Positions 53,904 to 62,138 of a DNA stretch of 64,000 bases are shown piece by piece. A program made the position numbers and the translations under genes. Numbering within the stretch: position 1 is the stretch's first letter; every line of letters starts with the position of its first letter. Source of the DNA: an uncultured Eubacteriales bacterium (GTDB taxonomy: Bacteria; Bacillota; Clostridia; Christensenellales; CAG-314). The notes under the pieces were generated by a model, which did no database searches, was not told where the DNA came from, and saw nothing but the letters and a program-made list of their open reading frames with translations. Location: contig CARAIG010000047.1 in the NCBI GenBank assembly GCA_948938605.1, forward strand, positions 982-64,981, given 5' to 3'.

Positions 53904-55385
53904 TTATTCAACAATTAAAATATCTGTGTAATTTGTTACACGTATTTGATATTCATTGTTATTGTTATAATTGTACCAATCTACCATTCCAACAACGGAA
54001 ATCGTTTTGCCTTCAAATTCGTCTTGAGTTACTAAATCGTACAAACCGGTAGATTCGTTTAATTTGTAAAGTTTTTCCGTACGAACGGTAATTTTGTTGC
54101 CGTTGGAATCTTCACAATAAAGCGACATTGCACCTTTACTTGTTCCGCTAGGAGTTGTATAAATGCGTGTAATTGTAAGATTTTTCATAGTAACCGAAGT
54201 GTCTACCAACAGTTGATGAAGTTTGAAAGTTTTAGGAACGGTATCTTCCGAATTAGGATCATAAACATTAACTGTCCTGTTTGAATTAAACTCAGGAATA
54301 GTAAGTTCAACAGGCTCAACAGGTTCGCCGACTCCATCCAACTTGATTGTGTTGTTGGGGTCCTTGGAGTTAACAACGTTATACGACAAACCGGACACTT
54401 GCCACGATCCGTTAAAGTTTTGTGCAGTACCTACCACACGTACGTGATTACCAATATTTAATGCATCCTTAATTTTAGCATTTGAACCATTGTAATAAAC
54501 GGAAATTCCGTAATACAAATCGTCTTCCTCACAATACCATTGCACGTATGTGCTACCATCATAGGAACCTGTCACATAGCCTTCAAAAGCCACTTTTATT
54601 CCGTCATATTGATCGAAATTAGTACGTAATTCTTTAAGGTCTATTTCCTTTGCTGTTCCGTAATAGTAGTTTTCGTCTTTCAACTTGGAGTGCACAATAA
54701 GTTTAGCTTTAACGGCTTGTTGAAGAGCATTCATACAATACTCGCCATAACGGTTGTCGCTTGCGCTGGAACCGTAACCGTAACCTTTTTGCAACAACTC
54801 TAAATTAAGGTTGCGCCAGTCTGACTCCGCATCGGGTTTATACCAAACCCAAGCAAGAGTACGTCCGTAACTGTCGTTGTTCCAAAGATTGTCATCAGTG
54901 TCGGATTCGACAAGTACCGAACCGCCGTTATCTATCGCAGCTTGCAATGTTTCGTGTACATAATTGGAAGCAACTTTGCCGTAAGGCTCGACTTGCCCGG
55001 TGCTTTCGGGAGTATTAACCGCAAGATAACGCGCCTTTAAAACTCCTTCGGGGTGTTTGTCGGACACGGGCACATTGAAGTGCGTTGTATCGCCGTCAAT
55101 GTACATACGCACAATGTTTGCAGCAGTGTATTTTTTTGTATTGGAATTCATATCCAATTGACACTGAGCAACGTAATCCTCCATAGGAAAATCTTCGTCA
55201 CAAAGTTTGCAAACACCGTTGACGTAATCGTGACCTTCGACATCACACTTTTTTTTGCCGCATATTGAACAAACATTGTCATCGTTGAATGTGTGTCCGT
55301 CAGCGCACTTATCGCACGCTATTAAACCGGTTAAACACAAACTCAAAGCGACAAGTAAAAGTATAATTTTTACAAATTTATTCAT
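53904..55385 (-). CDS. Lipoprotein staphylococcal-nuclease (SNase/thermonuclease)-like nuclease with an N-terminal Cys/His-rich module and C-terminal OB-fold-like modules
   Basis: Start at ATG 55385 (RBS GAGGT); lipobox LIAC. The SNase core is RMYIDGDTTHFNV...ARYLAVNTPES...EPYGKVASNYV...DSYGRTLAWVWY...NLELLQKGYGY. VRVVGTAQNFNGSWQVSG is OB-like. Confidence 0.8.
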   Translation of the reverse strand: MNKFVKIILLLVALSLCLTGLIACDKCADGHTFNDDNVCSICGKKKCDVEGHDYVNGVCKLCDEDFPMEDYVAQCQLDMNSNTKKYTAANIVRMYIDGDTTHFNVPVSDKHPEGVLKARYLAVNTPESTGQVEPYGKVASNYVHETLQAAIDNGGSVLVESDTDDNLWNNDSYGRTLAWVWYKPDAESDWRNLNLELLQKGYGYGSSASDNRYGEYCMNALQQAVKAKLIVHSKLKDENYYYGTAKEIDLKELRTNFDQYDGIKVAFEGYVTGSYDGSTYVQWYCEEDDLYYGISVYYNGSNAKIKDALNIGNHVRVVGTAQNFNGSWQVSGLSYNVVNSKDPNNTIKLDGVGEPVEPVELTIPEFNSNRTVNVYDPNSEDTVPKTFKLHQLLVDTSVTMKNLTITRIYTTPSGTSKGAMSLYCEDSNGNKITVRTEKLYKLNESTGLYDLVTQDEFEGKTISVVGMVDWYNYNNNNEYQIRVTNYTDILIVE

Positions 55386-55399
55386 ATTGCCAACCTCTG

Positions 55400-56875
55400 T
55401 TACCATTCGCATTCCGCCAATGCACTATCGAAAGCTTCCTTAATTCCTTTCGCAACAGAAGCTTCGTCGCTACCGGAAACTTTAACGCATTGACTAAGCA
55501 GAACTTCCATTTGGTCGCGCGCTTCCGCCGAACCATAGAAAGCAGGGGATACGAAAAATGCTTCTTTAAAATCGATACAAAGTTTTGCAGCCATACCTGC
55601 CATATTTTCAGCTGTATTAGCGTTAGCAATTATATCTGCATAGCCGTCAAGTTTGTTAACGGATTGAATAACGGGCAGGTAACCTGCCGTCGAACCGTAG
55701 CGGGCTTCAAATTCCGCATTGGTAGTAAGGTACTTAACCAACAACCACGAAGCAACAACTTCCTGCGGGTTAGCAGACTTGAATACGCAAACACTGGGGC
55801 CTTGCGAAATAACTTTTGAGTTGGCAATCGACGTATTGGCTTCCTTTTGAGGAATCATTGTAACGCCCACTTCAAACGGATACTTATTATTTTGCTTAGC
55901 CGGCACTTGCTTAGCCGCTCCGGCAGACGAACCGATAGAAATGTAAGATTTTTTACCCTCGGCGCTGGATGTAGACGTAAAGTAAGTGCTTGTATATGTG
56001 CCTTGAAGCAAATATTTGGTGGTAAACCAGTTCTTTTGATACCATCTACGAAGAGTAGTCAACATTTTTTGGTTTTGTTCGTTGTGGAACAAGTAGTGAT
56101 CGCCTGTGGCGCTGGTATAACCGCTTTGATATTGTTCAAACAAAGTGATAAGCCAGTTTGAACCGGAGTCTACGCCCAAAGGAGTACAATTGGGGTCCTT
56201 ATCCTTAATGAAAGCAAGAGCATATTCCATACTTGTTTTATCGCTTGTTTCCAATCCTTGTTTTCCGTCGGTTGCAAACCAGTGATCCGGCACTTGAAGT
56301 CCCCATTGTTCGAACGACGTCTTATTGTAATACATCAATTCGGTCGACTTTGCAAATGGTAACATATACATTTTGTCGTCGCCGAAAGACTTACCTTCAT
56401 TGTAGTACGCTTCGATAAAGTCATCTTTTTGTGCGTCCGTCAACCCCAAAATTTCAGTTGTACCGTCAGCGCGTTCAACTTCTATTTGACTTTCGATAAG
56501 GCTGTCAAGCGTAACTACTGCGCGCGATTTGTTGTACATAGCCACGTGGTCAGAGTAACAGAACGCTACATTGGGAGGCTGATTAGTAGCCAACAAATTT
56601 TTGATAAGATCGCGGTTAGTATCGTAGTCGCCGCCACGAGTGTGATCAATAGTAATGTTGGGGTACAGTTCGTTAAAACCAACCAATGTTTCTTCCAAAA
56701 TCGTGTTGTAATCCTGTCCCATACTAGAATAGAACTTGATTGTTACTTCACTGCCGTCATAACCGCCTTCGGGAATTTCAAAGTCGGGAATTTCATTTGG
56801 CGTACACGCTACAAAAACAGCGCATATAGATACGACAAGTGCAACAATCAAAATGCTTGCAAAGATTTTCTTCAT
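55400..56875 (-). CDS. ABC transporter substrate-binding lipoprotein (family 1, CUT1-type)
   Basis: Lipobox FVAC. 491 aa with family-1 SBP features, and it lies directly downstream of two MalFG-type permease genes. Confidence 0.8.
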   Translation of the reverse strand: MKKIFASILIVALVVSICAVFVACTPNEIPDFEIPEGGYDGSEVTIKFYSSMGQDYNTILEETLVGFNELYPNITIDHTRGGDYDTNRDLIKNLLATNQPPNVAFCYSDHVAMYNKSRAVVTLDSLIESQIEVERADGTTEILGLTDAQKDDFIEAYYNEGKSFGDDKMYMLPFAKSTELMYYNKTSFEQWGLQVPDHWFATDGKQGLETSDKTSMEYALAFIKDKDPNCTPLGVDSGSNWLITLFEQYQSGYTSATGDHYLFHNEQNQKMLTTLRRWYQKNWFTTKYLLQGTYTSTYFTSTSSAEGKKSYISIGSSAGAAKQVPAKQNNKYPFEVGVTMIPQKEANTSIANSKVISQGPSVCVFKSANPQEVVASWLLVKYLTTNAEFEARYGSTAGYLPVIQSVNKLDGYADIIANANTAENMAGMAAKLCIDFKEAFFVSPAFYGSAEARDQMEVLLSQCVKVSGSDEASVAKGIKEAFDSALAECEW

Positions 56876-56945
56876 TGTTTTCTCCTTTTTTTAGTATTTG
56901 TTGTTAGTTTGAAAATAATTTACATATAACCGTAAAATACAGTTT

Positions 56946-58061
56946 TTATCCTTTAATTCCGCTACGGGATACGCCTTTCATTATGTATTTACGAAGGAAA
57001 ATAAACACCACAAACAGAGGTATAGACACCAACGTTACAGCAGCCATTTGTACGGGGTAATTGATTTTGTCCGCATCTATCGTGCCGTCTGCCAAATACA
57101 CGTAGAATGATGTTCCACGCAAACCGTTAGTTATAAGTTGGTGAACTTCGTCGTCGGCAACCAAACGCGGCCAAATGTAACTATTCCAACTTCCCATCAT
57201 TTTTAATATCGTAATAGATATTATTGTGGGCAAAGCCAAGGGAATCATTACTTTCCATAAATATTTAAGGTCGCTCGTTCCGTCTACCTTTGCCGCATAA
57301 TACAATTCGTCGGGAATTTGCATAAAGTTTTGACGAAGCAAGTAAATGTAAAATACGCTTACAAGGAAAGGAACTATCAATGCCGTATAGGTATTGCCCC
57401 ATTTGAAATAGTTTGTAACAGTACCGAAGTTTGTAATTGTAAACAGTTCGCCGGGAATCATCATTGTTGCAAGCAAAGCGGCAAACAATGCGTTTTTACC
57501 GCGGAATTGCAATCTAGAAAAAGCAAAAGCGGCAAGTACTGTGATAATTAAAGACAATACAGTAGATACAATGCCTACAAATACGGTGTTTACAAACAAT
57601 GTTCCGAGATTTGCAGTATCAAACGCTTGCGCGTAGTTACTCCACATTATCGTCGTAGGAAAAAACGTCGGCGTCGCACGACTAGCAAATTCCCCCGTCA
57701 AAGCGTATTCGTCATAAGTTTTAAGAGACGATATAATCATCCAATAAAACGGGAACAAAACCGATATTGCAACAGCGATAAGAAAAATATAGATTATCGT
57801 TTTAATCGTGATTTTACCCACTTTTTGCATACGGGTAATGCTGCTAATGTCACGTTCCTTCATTACGCCCTTACTTAAAACAGATGTATCGGTCAAAGCC
57901 TCCGTTACAAGCGTGGGTTCGGTTACAACATCCGCTACGATGTTTTCCTGTTTAATTTCGCCAACTTTTTCGTCTGTCGGCACTACATCCGACGCAACAG
58001 TTACGTTCAACATTTCGTCCGTAACAGGAGTTGCAGTTTCTTTTGATTTCTTTTCAGCCAT
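56946..58061 (-). CDS. CUT1 ABC transporter permease (MalG-like) with a ~85-aa acidic N-terminal extension
   Basis: The EAA-loop region is AAKVDGTSDLKYLWKVMIPLALP. A strong RBS (GGGAGGTG) at the 58061 start supports the extension. Confidence 0.85.
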   Translation of the reverse strand: MAEKKSKETATPVTDEMLNVTVASDVVPTDEKVGEIKQENIVADVVTEPTLVTEALTDTSVLSKGVMKERDISSITRMQKVGKITIKTIIYIFLIAVAISVLFPFYWMIISSLKTYDEYALTGEFASRATPTFFPTTIMWSNYAQAFDTANLGTLFVNTVFVGIVSTVLSLIITVLAAFAFSRLQFRGKNALFAALLATMMIPGELFTITNFGTVTNYFKWGNTYTALIVPFLVSVFYIYLLRQNFMQIPDELYYAAKVDGTSDLKYLWKVMIPLALPTIISITILKMMGSWNSYIWPRLVADDEVHQLITNGLRGTSFYVYLADGTIDADKINYPVQMAAVTLVSIPLFVVFIFLRKYIMKGVSRSGIKG

Positions 58062-58076
58062 AATTGCACCTCCCTT

Positions 58077-59027
58077 TTAATAATGTACGCGCTTTTTGCT
58101 TACGTACATATTAAGCATTGTTACTGCGAAAATTATCACAAACAATATTAACGCTCCGGCGCTAGCTCTGCCCTCGGCAGGTTTTCCGCTCATAAGATTG
58201 GTATTAATAAAACCTACCATTGTATTTAAAGCATTTTCGCTTCCCGGAGGCCCCATATTTTCACCAAAGACGCCAACGACGCTGCTGTATTCTTTAAATC
58301 CGCCAATGAAGCCCGTTATAATGACATATGCGAGCATCGGGGACAACATAGGCACTGTTATACGCCAGAATGTGCGGAAACGGCTTGTTCCGTCCACTTT
58401 TGCCGCTTCGTAATACTGCTTGTTTACGCTTTGAAGACCGCCAAGCAATATAAGAATTTTAAAGGGCAATGCGTTCCAAACTATGTAAACAATCATAACA
58501 AACATATTTGCCCAGTAAGACGATCCCATATTTACCCAATTGACTGCCTTACCGCCGAAAAACTCTATTATGTTGTTTATAATACCCGCGGTACTGATTA
58601 TGGGGTTTTCGCCGCCGATACCCGAACCGACCATACTGAACATTGTAGAAAATACAAGACCTATTGCAATCGTGTTGGTTACATACGGTAAAAAGTAAAT
58701 TGTTTGCAACAGTCTGTTTAATGCCTTTATAGAATTAAGACAAACGGCAATAATCAAAGCCAACATAGTCGAAATAGGCACCGTAATAACTGTAAGAAGA
58801 ATCGTATTTAAAAGGCAAGTTTTAAATCCCGGATACTTTACCACCTTTACAAAATTTTGTACGCCGAAAGAAAACTTTACGCCGCCCACTTCTTCTAACA
58901 ATGTGTAATCGTCCAAAAACGCAATACGCAAAGTGTTAATAATCGGCCAAACTGTAAATATCAGCGTCAAAATTATTACGGGCGATAAATACAGCCAAGC
59001 TTTCCATTGTTTTTTATCATCTACCAT
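58077..59027 (-). CDS. CUT1 ABC transporter permease (MalF/UgpA-like)
   Basis: AAKVDGTSRFRTFWRITVPMLSP is the EAA loop. Six transmembrane helices; RBS GAGGTG. Confidence 0.85.
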   Translation of the reverse strand: MVDDKKQWKAWLYLSPVIILTLIFTVWPIINTLRIAFLDDYTLLEEVGGVKFSFGVQNFVKVVKYPGFKTCLLNTILLTVITVPISTMLALIIAVCLNSIKALNRLLQTIYFLPYVTNTIAIGLVFSTMFSMVGSGIGGENPIISTAGIINNIIEFFGGKAVNWVNMGSSYWANMFVMIVYIVWNALPFKILILLGGLQSVNKQYYEAAKVDGTSRFRTFWRITVPMLSPMLAYVIITGFIGGFKEYSSVVGVFGENMGPPGSENALNTMVGFINTNLMSGKPAEGRASAGALILFVIIFAVTMLNMYVSKKRVHY

Positions 59028-59042
59028 TTAATCACCTCGCAA

Positions 59043-60320
59043 CTATTTGTCAGCTTTTTCCGCAGTCTTTTTTGCGGGCGCTTTTTTCGTCGTTGTTTTT
59101 ATTGTAGGCTCCTTTTTTGCAGAAGCCTTTTTTGTTGTTGTCGATTTTTTAGCAGGAGCTTTTTTAGCCGCTTTTTCGGACGCCGATTCTTCTGCCGCAG
59201 GTTCTACCGTCTTGGCAACGGGAAGTTCAAAGTAAATTCTTTCTTCCGTTTCTTCATCAAAGATAAACACCTTGTGTGATTTTAACGAAAAACGCACACA
59301 GCCTTCTGCGTCAGCTTCAATCTTGTTGTCAGCATCTACGATTGAGCGAACTTGCGGGTTAAAAGACGCTTCATTTGAAGAAACTACGCTCACGTCACGT
59401 CCCATAACTTCAACACTGCGCAGTTGACAACGCAAAGGTCCGTTTTTATCGTAGATAAAGCCCTCGGGACGTATACCTACGGAAACATTACGGTCGTCAA
59501 CGCCTTTTACATCCATAACAACGTCTTCGCCTATAATCAATTTTTGATTTTCAACCCTACCTTTAAATACGTTAATCGGCGGGGTGCCCAAGAATTTAGC
59601 AACGAACAGGTTAACGGGATTGTCGTAAACATCCTGAGGCTTACCTATTTGCTGCACCACACCCAATTTCATAACGACAATGAAGTCCGAAATAGACATG
59701 GCTTCTTCCTGGTCGTGAGTGACGAATACGGTTGTAATGCCTGTTTCACGCTGAATACGTTTGATTTCTTCACGTGTTTGCAAACGTAAACGTGCGTCTA
59801 AGTTGGACAAAGGTTCGTCCAAAAGCAAAACTCTGGGCATCTTAACCAATGCGCGGGCAATTGCAACACGCTGTTGTTGTCCGCCCGACAACTCGTTAGG
59901 TTTACGATTCATCAATTCGTCAATTTGAACAAGCTTTGCCGCTTGATACGCCCTTTCCAGCATTTCAGTTTTGGTAAGTTTATCCTTACCCTTGAAATTT
60001 TGCAAAGGGAATAGAATATTTTGTTTTACCGTCATATGCGGATACAACGCATAGTTTTGGAACACAAGCCCTACCCCACGGTTTTCTGGCGAAAGTTCGG
60101 TAACATCGTCATCGCCGAAGAAAATTTTACCGCTGGACGGTTTTTGCAAACCGCATATCATATACAGCGTGGTGCTTTTTCCGCAGCCTGACGGCCCCAA
60201 TAAACCGATAAGTTTTCCGTCGGGAATTTCGTAATTAAACTTATTGACCGCAACGACCTCTTGTCCGTTTTTTGTTCTGCTTGGAAAAATCTTGGTTATG
60301 TCTTGCAAAACAACTTTCAT
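59043..60320 (-). CDS. ABC transporter ATP-binding protein (MalK/UgpC-like) with a C-terminal Lys/Ala/Thr-rich tail
   Basis: GPSGCGKST, LSGGQQQRVAIARAL and LLLDEPLSNLD. The last ~55 aa are AKKAPAKKSTTTKKASAKKEPTIKTTTKKAPAKKTAEKADK. Confidence 0.9.
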   Translation of the reverse strand: MKVVLQDITKIFPSRTKNGQEVVAVNKFNYEIPDGKLIGLLGPSGCGKSTTLYMICGLQKPSSGKIFFGDDDVTELSPENRGVGLVFQNYALYPHMTVKQNILFPLQNFKGKDKLTKTEMLERAYQAAKLVQIDELMNRKPNELSGGQQQRVAIARALVKMPRVLLLDEPLSNLDARLRLQTREEIKRIQRETGITTVFVTHDQEEAMSISDFIVVMKLGVVQQIGKPQDVYDNPVNLFVAKFLGTPPINVFKGRVENQKLIIGEDVVMDVKGVDDRNVSVGIRPEGFIYDKNGPLRCQLRSVEVMGRDVSVVSSNEASFNPQVRSIVDADNKIEADAEGCVRFSLKSHKVFIFDEETEERIYFELPVAKTVEPAAEESASEKAAKKAPAKKSTTTKKASAKKEPTIKTTTKKAPAKKTAEKADK

Positions 60321-60368
60321 AACATTACTCCCTTGTAATTAGTATATTTGTTAACAAGTACTGATGTA

Positions 60369-60902
60369 CTATTGATTACTCTGCGCGTCGTCCGCTTTGG
60401 AAACCGATTCGTCAACGGAATCGGTTTGTTGTAATTCCACAACGTTACTTTTACTGTGAGCGCCGTCTTCCTTTAACGTTGCAGTCAAAACGATATTGGC
60501 AGCTTGCACTGCCGTAGCCAAATAGCTAAACACCAAAGCTATAATTATCGACGCCTTAGCGGCTTCATACTCAGTTTTTTTAGCCAAACCGGCTTTTCTC
60601 AACTTTTCCAGTGCCTCAACGTAAAAATTCGACGTGCTAAACAAATGATAATAAACGATTAGTCCGATAGCCAAAGCCAATCCCAAACCCTTCATAATAA
60701 ACATAACGACAGGTTTTTCGTTAAAATTATTTGAAAAGAAAAATACTATCGCACTACCGAAACAAAGCAATACGGATATAATAAGATTGCCCGAATTGTT
60801 TTTAAAGGTCAGGTCTGACATAACAATAAATATCAAACCACCAGTAAACATAATTAACACGCCGATGAATAGCGTTATATTTTTTAATTTCGATTTTAAC
60901 AT
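60369..60902 (-). CDS. Hypothetical integral membrane protein (4-5 transmembrane helices)
   Basis: 177 aa and hydrophobic, with an acidic C-terminal tail. It sits between the RDD-family gene and the ABC ATPase gene on the same strand. Confidence 0.55.
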   Translation of the reverse strand: MLKSKLKNITLFIGVLIMFTGGLIFIVMSDLTFKNNSGNLIISVLLCFGSAIVFFFSNNFNEKPVVMFIMKGLGLALAIGLIVYYHLFSTSNFYVEALEKLRKAGLAKKTEYEAAKASIIIALVFSYLATAVQAANIVLTATLKEDGAHSKSNVVELQQTDSVDESVSKADDAQSNQ

Positions 60903-60940
60903 TTTTCCTCCATCTTGTTACTATCCGTTAAAACTTGCAA

Positions 60941-61705
60941 TTAATACGTCGATTTTTTCACTTCTTCCTGATGTAAACTTTCCTTATATTCCATCAATTC
61001 GTCGTAAGTGGTGAATACCATTTGAGTCTGCATATCCACTACTGCTGTATTTGAGAGGACATCGTGAATGCAGGAATTGGTTTTGGTTGCGATAACCACA
61101 GCAAGCTGCAATACAACAAGCAAACCCAACACTATCAAACCCGTTATGCCTAAAATATTGTTATAGAACACCATATAAAGCAACAATATGGGAACCATTG
61201 TTTCTATTGTATATTTACCCAAAATCGACCTGACGAACAATGCAAACGTAGACATTTTTACACTGTTTTTGAACACAACACCTAAATTGAATACTTTTTT
61301 TCCAACAGTTCTGCCATTTTTCAAACAAAGAGGAATAATAAATTCCACAATAATAATAGGGATAAGCGCGCTAAATGTTATTATCAGTAACGGTAAAGTA
61401 AGCACTTGATTGTATGCGTTTTTCGCATCTTCGTTGCTGAAAAAATCTTGCACAGCTTCATTATACCTTACTACATATTCCTCAGTTTGCTTGTTTAATT
61501 CTTCTTGTGAAATTAAAAGATCGACATTGTGTTTTTCACCGAATTCGACGTAATATTTTTGCAACGCATCGGAATGTTTTTCAATTCCTGTAATAAGAGC
61601 CATCAAATACATTACGCCAACAGCCAAAATAACTATTAATATAAAATCCAACAACCAAGCGGAAATTCTTTTTAATATACTTGCTTTTTGTAAATCGTAA
61701 ATCAT
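60941..61705 (-). CDS. RDD-family membrane protein
   Basis: The N-terminal KRISAWLLDFILIVIL and the later GRTVGKKVFNL are typical of RDD-domain proteins. Confidence 0.55.
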   Translation of the reverse strand: MIYDLQKASILKRISAWLLDFILIVILAVGVMYLMALITGIEKHSDALQKYYVEFGEKHNVDLLISQEELNKQTEEYVVRYNEAVQDFFSNEDAKNAYNQVLTLPLLIITFSALIPIIIVEFIIPLCLKNGRTVGKKVFNLGVVFKNSVKMSTFALFVRSILGKYTIETMVPILLLYMVFYNNILGITGLIVLGLLVVLQLAVVIATKTNSCIHDVLSNTAVVDMQTQMVFTTYDELMEYKESLHQEEVKKSTY

Positions 61706-61851
61706 TAATTTACCTCAAATTCCGCCCCGTTTTGCATTATAATCCGACAAACAGCAACATATTTTGCACTTTTGCGCAAATCGTTCGCATTACAGCGACG
61801 ATACCGTTTTTGCCGTCCGATGTTCCCCAAAACATTACCGTTGACGCAACA

Positions 61852-61887
61852 ATAAAAAAAGCACTATTCTAGAATAAAATAGTGCTC
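61852..61887 (-). terminator. Intrinsic terminator downstream of the 5'-nucleotidase gene, overlapping the 3' end of a small ORF
   Basis: The minus strand reads AGCACTATT-ttattctaga-AATAGTGCT followed by T7. Confidence 0.7.
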
Positions 61888-61955
61888 GTAAAATAAGGGT
61901 GCGACAAGCCAACCTTAAAGAATGCCGTATTAAGATACTGGATCGTTTGTGACAT
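61869..61955 (-). CDS. Candidate 28-aa small ORF (MSQTIQYLNTAFFKVGLSHPYFTSTILF)
   Basis: RBS AAGGAG 7 nt upstream of the ATG at 61955. The stop TAG lies in the loop of the terminator hairpin. No homology is recognisable. Confidence 0.25.
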   Translation of the reverse strand: MSQTIQYLNTAFFKVGLSHPYFTSTILF

Positions 61956-62138
61956 CTCGCTACTCCTTGTCAAATGCTTTTAAAGGTACTAATATAGTCT
62001 ACCATACATTCTGCAAAAAAGCAATACTAAAACATCAAATTGCAAAATAGTTTTTTATTTATTGCCGCAATTTTCGCTCATTTTCATATAGGTTTGCAAC
62101 AAAAATTTCACATATATAACAAGTAACACTCAACCTTG

